This document shows positions 9,493-18,256 of a DNA stretch of 20,784 bases, piece by piece. Origin of the DNA: Candidatus Methylomirabilia bacterium. GTDB lineage: Bacteria; Methylomirabilota; Methylomirabilia; Rokubacteriales; CSP1-6. The notes under the pieces are model-generated. The model was not told the DNA's origin, ran no database searches, and was given only the letters and a program-made list of their open reading frames with translations. The stretch spans positions 1 to 20,784 of the forward strand of contig JBGQEL010000075.1 of the NCBI GenBank assembly GCA_041496385.1, read 5' to 3'. How positions within the stretch are numbered: the first letter of the stretch is position 1; every line of letters begins with the position of its first letter. The translations under genes and the position numbers were made by a program.

Positions 9493-10750
9493 GCTTCACC
9501 TCGCCGCTGGCCGCGACGCCCCAGGCCTGGATCCCGTTGTAGTGGAAGACGACGTTGCTGCCGTGCTCGGCGATCAGCTTCTCGCGCGCCGGCTGGGCGG
9601 CGCCGGTGTCGTCGGTCGCGCGGCTCTTGAGCACCGCCGGCGCGCCGTTCCAGCGCCACGCCATCCGGAAGCGCGTCAGGGCGCGCGGCAGCACGGGCGC
9701 GGCCAGCGCCGCCTCGCCCCAGGTCCGGCCGCCGTCGGCCGACACCTCGACCCGGGCGACAGCGCCGTTGCCCGACCAGGCGATGCCGGAGACCTCGTAG
9801 AGCCCCGCGCCCTGGAGCGTCATGCCGTGCGACGGTCGCGTGATGAGTGACTTCACTTCCATCGGATAGGTGAACATCAGCGCCTTGCCGTCGGCCTGGA
9901 GGTCCGTGTAACGCGAGGTCTCGTCCTTCGTCATCGCCGGCATCGGCGTCGCCTTGATCCGCCGGAGCCACTTCACGTTCATGTTGCCCTCCCAGCCCGG
10001 CAGGAAGAGCCGCACGGGGTAGCCGTTCTCCGGGCGGAGGCGCTCGCCGTTCTGGTAGAGGGCGAGGAACGCGTCGTCGAGGGCCTTGGCCATGGGCACG
10101 CTGCGGCTCATCGCGGCGGCATCCGTGCCCTCGGCGATGATCCACTGCGCGCCCGGCTCCACGCCGGCCTCCTCCAGGAGGATTCGGAGCGGCACCCCGG
10201 TCCACTCGCTGCAGGAGACGAGGCCGTGCGTTTGGCCGGCGGTGAGGTTGGGCGGCGTCGGCCCGTACATGAGCTGGCTGTTACCCGCGCACTCCAGGAA
10301 GTGGATGCGCGAGACCATCGGATACCGGGCGAGCGCGTCCATGGTGAAGACCAGCGGGCGCGTGACCATCCCGTGGATCAGCAGCCGGTGCTGAGCGGGG
10401 TCGATCTCCGGCACGCCGCTGTGGTGGCGCTCGAAGTGGAGACCGCTCGGCGTGAGCATACCGTCCAGAGCCTCGAGCGGCGTCCGCGAGGCGCCGCTCC
10501 CCGTCGTACCCGCCTGCGAGCGGATCAGCGTCCGCGTGACGCTGCTCTCGTACCTGGCGGGACTGCCGTAGCCGCTGAGCGCGGCGCCGGGCCCCTGCAT
10601 CCAGGGCGGCGTCCCGGGCGGGTCGGCGGCGTCCGCCGCGCGCGCGCCCGTGACGACCAGGGCGCCGGCGCCGAGGAGTGCCGCGCGTGTGAGGAAGATG
10701 CGGCGATCGAGCAGCCCGTTGCCCGCGATTTCGACTTCGTCGGCGGCCAT
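9479..10750 (-). CDS. soxC: sulfite dehydrogenase / SoxC molybdopterin subunit (sulfite oxidase family), Tat-exported
   Basis: GGGAGG RBS before ATG 10750; DRRIFL Tat motif; TPSGLHFERHH, FLECAGNS (Mo-ligand Cys), QNGERLRPENGYPVRL, GNMNVKWLRRI, SRATD. Confidence 0.92.
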   Translation of the reverse strand: MAADEVEIAGNGLLDRRIFLTRAALLGAGALVVTGARAADAADPPGTPPWMQGPGAALSGYGSPARYESSVTRTLIRSQAGTTGSGASRTPLEALDGMLTPSGLHFERHHSGVPEIDPAQHRLLIHGMVTRPLVFTMDALARYPMVSRIHFLECAGNSQLMYGPTPPNLTAGQTHGLVSCSEWTGVPLRILLEEAGVEPGAQWIIAEGTDAAAMSRSVPMAKALDDAFLALYQNGERLRPENGYPVRLFLPGWEGNMNVKWLRRIKATPMPAMTKDETSRYTDLQADGKALMFTYPMEVKSLITRPSHGMTLQGAGLYEVSGIAWSGNGAVARVEVSADGGRTWGEAALAAPVLPRALTRFRMAWRWNGAPAVLKSRATDDTGAAQPAREKLIAEHGSNVVFHYNGIQAWGVAASGEVKHVYA

Positions 10751-10769
10751 GGAGATCCTCCCGGCGGCT

Positions 10770-10779
10770 ATTGTATGCT
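10770..10779. promoter_or_regulatory. overlapping divergent -10 boxes (candidate bidirectional promoter)
   Basis: Minus-strand TACAAT (10775-10770) and plus-strand TATGCT (10774-10779) in a 37-bp divergent gap. Confidence 0.45.
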
Positions 10780-10787
10780 GAGCCACC

Positions 10788-11813
10788 ATGAGACTGGCAC
10801 TGGGGCAAGGCTACTCGGGCGCGGCGCTCTCGGGGGACGTCGAGCGCGTCCTCGAGGCCGAGCGGCTCGGCTACGACTCGGTCTGGACCGCCGAGTCCTA
10901 CGGCTCGGACGCCGTGACGACGATCGCGTGGATCGCCGCGCGCACCTCGCGGATCCACGTCGGCACCGCGATCATGCAGATCGCGGCGCGCACGCCCGCG
11001 GCGACCGCGATGACGGCGATGACGCTCGACGCGCTCTCGGGGGGCCGCTTCCGGCTCGGCCTCGGCGTGTCCGGGCCGCAGGTGGTGGAGGGCTGGCACG
11101 GCCAGCGCTTCGGCAAGCCGCTCGCCAAGACGCGCGAGTACGTCGCCATCGTGCGCGCGATCCTCCGCCGCGAGAAGCCCCTGGAGTTCGCCGGCGAGTA
11201 CTATCAGGTCCCGTACGCCGGGCCGGACGCCACCGGGCTCGGCAAGCCGCTCAAGTCCATTCTCCACGGCCGGGCCGACCTGCCGATCTACCTCGCGGCG
11301 ATCGGGCCGAAGAACGTCGCGCTCGCCGCCGAGATCGCGGACGGCTGGATCCCGACGCTGTTCGCGCCGTCGCGGATGCGCATGTTCCGCGAGTGGCTCG
11401 ACGAGGGATTCACCCGGGCGGGTCCCGCGAAATCGCGGGAGGGCTTCGACGTCATGGCGTCCTGTCCCGTCGTCGTCGGGGCCGACGTCGACGCCTGCCG
11501 GGCCCAGCAGAAGCCCGCGCTCGCGCTCTACGTGGGCGGGATGGGCGCGCGGCACCGGAACTTCTACAACGAGCTGGTGCGCCGCTACGGCTTCGAGGAG
11601 GCGGCGAAGACGATCCAGGATCTCTACCTGGCGGGGCGCAAGCAGGAGGCGGAGGCCGCGGTGCCCGACGCGCTCGTCGACGCGATCGGGCTCTTCGGGC
11701 CGCGCGAGCGGATTCGCGAGCGGCTCGGCGCCTACCGCGAGGCGGGCGCGACGACCCTCTCGGTGCGCGGCAATCTCGACGCGATCCGCGTCATGGCCGA
11801 ACTGCTGCTCTGA
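10788..11813 (+). CDS. LLM-class (probable F420-dependent) oxidoreductase, Rv3520c-like
   Basis: [88 protein letters not shown]. Confidence 0.93.
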   Translation: MRLALGQGYSGAALSGDVERVLEAERLGYDSVWTAESYGSDAVTTIAWIAARTSRIHVGTAIMQIAARTPAATAMTAMTLDALSGGRFRLGLGVSGPQVVEGWHGQRFGKPLAKTREYVAIVRAILRREKPLEFAGEYYQVPYAGPDATGLGKPLKSILHGRADLPIYLAAIGPKNVALAAEIADGWIPTLFAPSRMRMFREWLDEGFTRAGPAKSREGFDVMASCPVVVGADVDACRAQQKPALALYVGGMGARHRNFYNELVRRYGFEEAAKTIQDLYLAGRKQEAEAAVPDALVDAIGLFGPRERIRERLGAYREAGATTLSVRGNLDAIRVMAELLL

Positions 11814-11818
11814 GAGGC

Positions 11819-12316
11819 GTGAGCGGGATCGACGCGCCCTTCGACCGCTACCGCGACCTCGTCCGCCCCGAGTGGATCGACCACAACCGGCACATGAACA
11901 TGGGCTACTACCTCGTGGTGTTCGACTTCGCGACCGACGAGTTCCTGGACTGGGTCGGCCTCGACGCGGCGCACCGCGCCCGGCACGGCGTCACGACGTT
12001 CTGCCTCGAGGCGCACGTGACCTATCACCGCGAGGTGCTGGCGGGCGATCGGCTCCGCTTCACTACCCGGCTCCTCGCGCACGACACGAAGCGGATCCAC
12101 TACATCCACGCGATGCACCACGCGGCCGAGGGTTACCTGGCGGCGACGAACGAGCTGATGTCGCTGCACGTGAGCGAGGCGACGCGCCGGGGTGCGCCGA
12201 TGGCGGCCGCGGTGCTCCAGCGCTTGGCCCAAATCCAGAAGGCGCACGACGCGCTGCCGCGGCCGCCCGAGGCGGGCCGCATGATCGGTCTCGGCGCGCG
12301 GCCGGCGACGCGATGA
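11819..12316 (+). CDS. 4HBT/hot-dog thioesterase family protein
   Basis: GTG at 11819 after GAGAGG; VRPEWIDHNRHMNMGYYLVVFD, EAHVTYHREV, DTKRIHYIH. Confidence 0.88.
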   Translation: MSGIDAPFDRYRDLVRPEWIDHNRHMNMGYYLVVFDFATDEFLDWVGLDAAHRARHGVTTFCLEAHVTYHREVLAGDRLRFTTRLLAHDTKRIHYIHAMHHAAEGYLAATNELMSLHVSEATRRGAPMAAAVLQRLAQIQKAHDALPRPPEAGRMIGLGARPATR

Positions 12317-12347
12317 CCGGCCCCGCGCGGGCCACGGAGGACCTCGC

Positions 12348-13202
12348 ATGACGACGATCGGGCTCCTGCATCCGGGTGAGATGGGCGCGATGGTCGGCGC
12401 CTCGGCGCTGGCGGACGGCGCGCGCGTGCTCTGGGCGTCCGCGGGACGCGGCGCCGCGACGCGCGCGCGTGCGGAGGCGGCGCGGCTCCAGGACGCGGGC
12501 TCGCTCGCCGAGCTCGTCTCGCGCAGCGAGGTGATCCTCTCCATCTGCCCGCCGGACGCCGCGGCGGACCAGGCGCGCGCGGTCGCCGCGCTTCGCTTCG
12601 GCGGCCTCTACGTGGACGCGAACGCGGTGTCGCCGCGGACGGGGCGCGAGATCGGCGGCATCGTCGAGAAGGGCGGCGCCACGTTCGTCGACGGCGGGAT
12701 CATCGGCGGGCCGCCGCGCGAGCGCGGCACGACGCGGCTCTACCTCTCGGGCGAGGCGGCGCCGCGCGTCGCCGCGCTCTTCCCCAGGGGCCCGCTCGAG
12801 GCGCTCGTCATCCCCGGCGGGCCCGGCGCGGCCTCCGCGCTCAAGATGGCCTACGCCGCGTGGACCAAGGGCAGCGCCGCGCTGCTCATGGCGGTGCGCG
12901 CGATGGCGACCGCCGAGGGCGTCGAGCCGGCTCTGCTGAACGAGTGGAAGATCTCGCAGCCGGATCTCCCCGCGCGCTCGGAAAAGGCCGTGAAGGGCAA
13001 CGCGCGCAAGGCCTGGCGCTTCGTCGGTGAGATGGAGGAGATCGCGGCGACGTTCGCCGCGGCCGGACTGCCCGCCGGCTTTCACCAGGCCGCGGCCGAG
13101 ATTTACCGGCGGCTGGCGCCCTGGAAGGACGCGCCGCCGCCGTCGGTCGAGCAGGCGTCGCGGGCGCTGGCCACGCCGCGCGAGGTCCCGCGTACCGCTT
13201 GA
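12348..13202 (+). CDS. NAD(P)-dependent oxidoreductase (6PGD/3-hydroxyisobutyrate DH-like, DUF1932-type C-terminus)
   Basis: IGLLHPGEMG Rossmann start, YVDANAVSP, FVDGGIIGGPP, ASALKMAYAAWTKG, KAWRFVGEMEEIA; GGAGG RBS. Confidence 0.9.
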   Translation: MTTIGLLHPGEMGAMVGASALADGARVLWASAGRGAATRARAEAARLQDAGSLAELVSRSEVILSICPPDAAADQARAVAALRFGGLYVDANAVSPRTGREIGGIVEKGGATFVDGGIIGGPPRERGTTRLYLSGEAAPRVAALFPRGPLEALVIPGGPGAASALKMAYAAWTKGSAALLMAVRAMATAEGVEPALLNEWKISQPDLPARSEKAVKGNARKAWRFVGEMEEIAATFAAAGLPAGFHQAAAEIYRRLAPWKDAPPPSVEQASRALATPREVPRTA

Positions 13203-13228
13203 CATCGCCGCGGGAGGTCTTCCAGTAT
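13199..13228 (+). promoter_or_regulatory. candidate sigma70 promoter for the Rieske-PQQ unit
   Basis: Perfect TTGACA at 13199-13204 (overlapping the upstream stop), 18 nt, CAGTAT at 13223-13228. Confidence 0.45.
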
Positions 13229-13256
13229 CCGCGCAGGCAGGCAAGGGACCCTGGGC

Positions 13257-13823
13257 ATGAACGACGACCGCCGCACGGTGCTGAAGGCCGCTCTCGGTCT
13301 CGGACTGGGACTGGCGCTGGGTGATCCTGCGCGGGCGCAGGACCCCGAGCCGCGCCGGGCGCGGCCGCGGCCCGGCGACCGCCTCGTCTTCGCCTCGGGC
13401 CCGCGGAAGGGCAAGAGCATCAGGCCCCGTGATCTGTCGCCGAACGGCGAGCCCCTGACGGCGTGGCCCATGGATCCCAGGACGAAGATCGTCAGAGACG
13501 ACTCCCGCCTGAACGAGATCCTGCTCCTCCGCCTCGAGCCGGCCGACCTCAGCGACGAAACCCGCGCCCGGTCCGCCGAGGGCATCGTCGCGTACTCGGC
13601 GGTGTGCACGCACACCGGATGCGACGTCTGGGAGTGGCACGCGGCGACGAAGACCGTCAAGTGCCCCTGCCACTTCTCGGTCTTCGACCCCAAGGACGGC
13701 GCCCGCGTCCTCGATGGGCCCGCGCCGCGCCGCCTGCCCGCGCTTCCGCTCGAGGTGGCCGACGGCGTCTTGACCGCGGCCGGTGAGTTCGTGGGTCGTC
13801 CGGGATTCCAGCCCGCTGGATAG
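13257..13823 (+). CDS. Rieske [2Fe-2S] protein, Tat-exported
   Basis: DRRTVLK Tat motif with ARA-Q cleavage site; YSAVCTHTGC and KCPCHFSVFD boxes; GPAPRRLPALPL. Confidence 0.95.
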   Translation: MNDDRRTVLKAALGLGLGLALGDPARAQDPEPRRARPRPGDRLVFASGPRKGKSIRPRDLSPNGEPLTAWPMDPRTKIVRDDSRLNEILLLRLEPADLSDETRARSAEGIVAYSAVCTHTGCDVWEWHAATKTVKCPCHFSVFDPKDGARVLDGPAPRRLPALPLEVADGVLTAAGEFVGRPGFQPAG

Positions 13824-13838
13824 AAAGGGAGAACGACG

Positions 13839-15563
13839 ATGATCTCTCGACGAGCGCTGTGGGTGTTCGCCGTGGTCGCGATGGCCGGACTCGTGCCCGC
13901 CATGCTGGCCGCGCAGGGGGGCGGCGGCTACGCCTCGGTCACCGACGCGCGGCTCCTCAACCCCGAGCCGCACAACTGGCTGATGTATCGCGGCAACTAC
14001 GAGGGCTGGGGCTACAGTCCCCTCGATCGGATCACGAAGGGCAACGTCAAGCGGCTCGTCCCGGTGTGGAGCTTCTCCACCGGCGTGACCGAGGGCCACC
14101 AGTCGCCGCCGATCGTCAACAACGGCGTCATGTTCGTCACGACGCCGCAGCAGCAGGTGATCGCGCTCAACGCGCAGACGGGCGACGTGCTCTGGCGCTG
14201 GAAGAAGGAGCTCCCCGAGGACCTGCTGCAGCTGCATCCGACCAACCGGGGCGTCGGGCTCTACGAGGACAAGGTCTACGTCGGCACGGTCGACGGCAAG
14301 CTCGTCGCCCTCGACGCGAAGACGGGCAAGCTCGTGTGGGAGAAGGTCGTCGGCGACTACAAGCTGGGCTACTACATGACCCTGGCCCCGCTGATCGTCA
14401 AGGGCAAGGTGATCGTGGGCCTGTCCGGCGGCGAGCTGGGGATCCGCGGCTTCATCGCCGCGCTCGACGCCCGCACCGGCCAGGAGCTCTGGCGGACGTA
14501 CACGATCCCCGCGCCCGGCGAGCCCGGCGCGGACACGTGGAGCGGGGAGGCGTGGAAGACCGGCGGCGGCTCGGTGTGGATCACCGGCCACTACGATGCC
14601 CAGCTGAACCTGACGTACTGGGGCACGGGCAACGCCGCGCCGTGGCCGGGTGACATGCATCCGGGCGACAACCTCTACACGAGCTCGGTGCTCGCGCTCG
14701 ACGCGGACACGGGCAAGATCCGGGGATACCACCAGTACCACTGGAACGACTCGTGGGACTGGGACGAGGTCTCGACCCCGCTCCTGATCGACGCGCGGCG
14801 CGGCGGACGGACGATCAAGGCCCTCGTCCACCCGGCGCGCAACGGCTATCTCTGGCTGCTGGAGCGGCGCGCGGACGGCATCGGCTTCGTCGACGCCAAG
14901 CCCTTCGTCAAGCAGGAGGTGTTCACCGCGATCGATCCGAAGACGGGGCGGCCGAGCTACGACCCGGAAAAGAAGCCGCAGACCGGGCGGTCCGCGACCT
15001 TCTGCCCGGGCCTCTGGGGCGGCAAGGACTGGCCGCCGGCGGCGTTCAATCCCAAGACGGGGCTTCTCTACATTCCAGCCAACGACAATCTCTGCAGCAC
15101 GCTCGAAGGCCTGAAGCAGGCGTACGAGCCGGGCAAGCTCTATCTCGGCGTCGACCGGCCGAAGGTCACGATGAGTCTCCGGCAGGGCGCCGACCACATC
15201 GGCGAGCTGCAGGCGTGGAACATGAACACGGGCCAGCGCGCGTGGACCCACACGTTCAAGTACATGAACTGGGGCCCGGTGCTGACCACCGGCGGCGGGC
15301 TGCTGTTCGCCGGCGGGACGAACGATCGGAAGTTCCGCGCGTTCGACGCCGACACGGGCGCGATGCTCTGGGAGTTCAAGACCAACTCGGGTGTGACGGG
15401 CGTGCCCAGCTCGTACGCGATCGACGGCGTCCAGTACGTCGCCGTGCAGTCCGGCTGGGGCGTGGACGCGCAGCGGATGCAGGCCCGGCTCGACACGTTC
15501 ATGGGCACCAAGACCGACGTGCCCCAGGGCGGCGTCGTCTGGGTGTTCGCGCTCCGCGACTGA
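13839..15563 (+). CDS. PQQ-dependent dehydrogenase, methanol/ethanol family (candidate lanthanide-binding)
   Basis: Signal peptide; YSPLDRITKGNVKRL, ALDAxTGxxxW propeller repeats, GGELGIRG, WGTGN, NDSWDWDE, ARNG, GVQYVAV; no C-terminal heme. Confidence 0.95.
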   Translation: MISRRALWVFAVVAMAGLVPAMLAAQGGGGYASVTDARLLNPEPHNWLMYRGNYEGWGYSPLDRITKGNVKRLVPVWSFSTGVTEGHQSPPIVNNGVMFVTTPQQQVIALNAQTGDVLWRWKKELPEDLLQLHPTNRGVGLYEDKVYVGTVDGKLVALDAKTGKLVWEKVVGDYKLGYYMTLAPLIVKGKVIVGLSGGELGIRGFIAALDARTGQELWRTYTIPAPGEPGADTWSGEAWKTGGGSVWITGHYDAQLNLTYWGTGNAAPWPGDMHPGDNLYTSSVLALDADTGKIRGYHQYHWNDSWDWDEVSTPLLIDARRGGRTIKALVHPARNGYLWLLERRADGIGFVDAKPFVKQEVFTAIDPKTGRPSYDPEKKPQTGRSATFCPGLWGGKDWPPAAFNPKTGLLYIPANDNLCSTLEGLKQAYEPGKLYLGVDRPKVTMSLRQGADHIGELQAWNMNTGQRAWTHTFKYMNWGPVLTTGGGLLFAGGTNDRKFRAFDADTGAMLWEFKTNSGVTGVPSSYAIDGVQYVAVQSGWGVDAQRMQARLDTFMGTKTDVPQGGVVWVFALRD

Positions 15564-15569
15564 GCGCGC

Positions 15570-17111
15570 TTGCGGGAAATCCTCGCGTCGCGCAGCTACC
15601 CGGAGGCGCTCCACGGCTTTCGCTGGAGCGCGCTCTGGGAGCTGTTCGACGGCACCCCCGAGCGGCTGAACCTCGCGCACGAGTGCGTGGACCGCCACCC
15701 CGGCGGCCGGACCGCGCTCCGGATCCAGCACGCGGGCGGCGGCCGCGAGGAGTGGAGCTTCGGCGACCTCGCCGCGTGGTCCTCCCGCTTCGCCAATTTC
15801 CTCGAGGCCGAGGGCATCGTGCGCGGCGACCGCGTGGCCGTGATGGTCGAGCCGTCGCTCGCCTTCTACGGGGCCGTGTTCGGCGCCGTCAAGCGCGGCG
15901 CGGTCGCGGTGCCGCTCTTCACGCTGCTCGGGCCCGACGGCCTGAGGCTGCGCCTCGAGGACTGCGAGCCCCGCCTGCTCCTCGTCGGCGCCGACGCCGC
16001 CCGCTGGCAGGCGCTCTTTCCGCGCGTCACGGTGATCGCCGCCGACGAGCTGCTCGCCGCGCGCCTCGCCGAGCAGAGCGAGCGCTACACGCCGTCCACG
16101 CGCGGAGACGACCTCGCGGTCTTCCAGTACACCTCGGGCACGACCCGCGGCCTGCCGGAGGCGGTGCGCCACACGCATCGCTCGGTCGTCACGCTCATGG
16201 TGGCCGCGCTCTACGGCGTGGGGCTGGCGCCGGGTGACAGCTATTTCTGCCCCTCCTCGCCGGCCTGGGGGCACGGGCTCTGGCACGGCACGATCGCGCC
16301 GCTCGCGCTGGGCATCGGCGCGGGCGCGTACGCCGGCAAGTTCGACCCCGCGGCCTTGCTCGAGGCGCTCCGGGAGCTGCGCGTCACCAACCTCGCGGCG
16401 GCGCCGACGGTGTTCCGCATGCTGCGCGGCTCCGGGCTCGCGGAGGACCGTCGCGGCGCGCTCGAGAAGCTCTCGTTCACGGGCGAGCCCATGGACTCGC
16501 GGACGTGGGACTGGCTCGAGCAGCGCTGGGGCGTTCCTCCGTGCAGCATGTACGGGAGCACCGAGGTCGGGGTGATCCTCGTCAACTACCCGGGCTTCGC
16601 CGGCTACACCGTCCGGCCCGGCGCGCTCGGCAAGCCGGCGCCCGGCTGGGAGGTCGCGATCCTGGACGAGCGCGGCGAGCCGCTTCCGCCCGACCGGTCG
16701 GGCGAGATCGCCGTGCGGCGCAAGGACGGCTGGTTCCGCGTGAAGGACCGCGGCTGGGTGGACGCCGACGGCTACTTCCATCACGAGGGGCGCTCCGACG
16801 ACGTCATCATCTCCGCGGGCTGGACGATGAGCGCGCTCGAGATCGAGGACGCGCTCCTCAGCCACCCGGACGTGCGCGAGGCGGCGGTCGTCGGCGCGCC
16901 CGACGCGCTGCGGGGCCAGATCCCGAAGGCCTTCGTCGTGACCGAGCGGGCCGGCGACGGCTTCGCGCGCGAGCTGCAGGCCTGGGTCGGCGGGCGGCTC
17001 TCGCGGCACGAGTACCCGCGCGCGATCGAGTTCGTCGAGGAGCTGCCCCGGACGCCCGCGGGCAAGATCGACCGGCTGTCGCTGCGCGGCCGCGCGCGGG
17101 AGACGGCGTGA
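15570..17111 (+). CDS. AMP-binding acyl-CoA synthetase
   Basis: TTG start; LNLAHECVDRH, YTSGTTRGLP, MYGSTE, GRSDDVIISAG, PRTPAGKIDR. Confidence 0.92.
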   Translation: MREILASRSYPEALHGFRWSALWELFDGTPERLNLAHECVDRHPGGRTALRIQHAGGGREEWSFGDLAAWSSRFANFLEAEGIVRGDRVAVMVEPSLAFYGAVFGAVKRGAVAVPLFTLLGPDGLRLRLEDCEPRLLLVGADAARWQALFPRVTVIAADELLAARLAEQSERYTPSTRGDDLAVFQYTSGTTRGLPEAVRHTHRSVVTLMVAALYGVGLAPGDSYFCPSSPAWGHGLWHGTIAPLALGIGAGAYAGKFDPAALLEALRELRVTNLAAAPTVFRMLRGSGLAEDRRGALEKLSFTGEPMDSRTWDWLEQRWGVPPCSMYGSTEVGVILVNYPGFAGYTVRPGALGKPAPGWEVAILDERGEPLPPDRSGEIAVRRKDGWFRVKDRGWVDADGYFHHEGRSDDVIISAGWTMSALEIEDALLSHPDVREAAVVGAPDALRGQIPKAFVVTERAGDGFARELQAWVGGRLSRHEYPRAIEFVEELPRTPAGKIDRLSLRGRARETA

Positions 17112-18256
17112 CGCGCTTCCCGACCATCACCGACGAGGCGCTCGCCCGGCTCCGCGCGCTGGTCGGCAAGGAGATCCGGCGCCCCGAGCCGTACGTGGAG
17201 GTGGCCACGCGCGACGCCATCCGCCACTGGGCGCACGGGATCGGTGATCGCAATCCGTTCTGGGCCCGGGCGCGGGTCGCGCCGCCGACGATCGTCTTCG
17301 CGCTCGACCGGATCGTCTCGGGCTACGTGACCGGGCTGCCGGGCATCCACGCGATGTACGCCGGCACGGACTTCCGCTGGCGCCTGCCGATCCGGGAGGG
17401 CCGTCGCATCGTGGGCAAGAGTGTCCTCCTCGGCCTCGAGGAGAAGACGTCGAGCTTCGCGCGGCGCGCGCTGAAGCAGACCTACCGGACGACGTTCGTC
17501 GAGGACGCCGGAGCGGTCGTCTGCGAGGCCGACTCGTGGTGCTTCCGCACCGAGCGCGACACCGCGCGCGAGCAGAAGAAGTACGCCGCGGTCGAGCCGC
17601 ACCGCTACGCGCCCGACGAGATCGAGCGGATCCGGCGCGCCTACGCCACGGAGGAGATCCGCGGCGCGACGCCGCGCGTCTGGGACGAGGTCGAGGTCGG
17701 CGCGCCGCTGCCCGAGGTGGTGAAGGGGCCGCTCACGGTCACGTCGATCATCGCCTTCGTCCAGGGGTGGGGGAGTCTCTACGTGCGCGCTCACGGCCTG
17801 GCCTTCGACCTGTTCGAGCGTCATCCCGCGCTCGCGATCCCCAATGAGTTCGGCGTGCCCGAGCCGCCCGAGCGCGTGCACTGGGACGAGCACCTCGCGC
17901 GCGCCGTCGGCGTGCCCGCGCCCTACGACTACGGCCCCGAGCGCGTCGCCTGGCTCGGCCACCTCGTGACGAACTGGATGGGCGACGCGGGCACGCTCGC
18001 GCGCCTGAGCGTCCAGGTCCGGCGCCACAACCTGCTCGGCGACACCACGTGGTGCCGCGGGCGCGTCGCGGCGAAGGCGCTGGTCGGGGGGCGCGGCGAG
18101 GTCACGCTCGACCTCGCGGCGGTGAACCAGCGCGACGAGACGATCGCGCGCGGGCAGGCGGTCGTCGTGCTGCCGCGGGCCGCCCGGCCGCGCGTCAGCG
18201 GCGGAAGGGCAGCAGCAGCTGGCGCACGTAGCCGTCGGGCACGCCGCCGCCGATGA
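17108..18256 (+). CDS. double hot-dog MaoC/FAS1-like dehydratase
   Basis: GTG overlaps the ACS stop (GTGA); DAIRHWAHGIGDRNP, GIHAMYAG, WDEVEVGAPLP, RVHWD...PYDYGPER, LGDTTWCRG. Confidence 0.85.
   Translation: MTRFPTITDEALARLRALVGKEIRRPEPYVEVATRDAIRHWAHGIGDRNPFWARARVAPPTIVFALDRIVSGYVTGLPGIHAMYAGTDFRWRLPIREGRRIVGKSVLLGLEEKTSSFARRALKQTYRTTFVEDAGAVVCEADSWCFRTERDTAREQKKYAAVEPHRYAPDEIERIRRAYATEEIRGATPRVWDEVEVGAPLPEVVKGPLTVTSIIAFVQGWGSLYVRAHGLAFDLFERHPALAIPNEFGVPEPPERVHWDEHLARAVGVPAPYDYGPERVAWLGHLVTNWMGDAGTLARLSVQVRRHNLLGDTTWCRGRVAAKALVGGRGEVTLDLAAVNQRDETIARGQAVVVLPRAARPRVSGGRAAAAGARSRRARRRR

Noticed and set aside
10226..11818. N-terminal part of the 696-aa ORF 10226..12316
   Set aside because: Overlaps soxC and the LLM gene; only the part from GTG 11819 is thioesterase-like. 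The same applies to the extensions of ORFs 871..2118, 5718..6980, 16505..18256 and 19298..20320.
13257..13823. Cytochrome bc1 subunit (petA/qcrA)
   Set aside because: No cytochrome b follows, and the signal looks cleavable rather than a membrane anchor.
13839..15563. Naming the PQQ enzyme xoxF or mxaF (methanol dehydrogenase)
   Set aside because: It lacks the vicinal Cys-Cys and XoxF-typical motifs, and no xoxJ/xoxG is adjacent; the substrate cannot be assigned.
12063..17009. 1648-aa minus-strand ORF
   Set aside because: Antisense shadow of five well-supported plus-strand genes; no recognisable motifs; expected in high-GC DNA.
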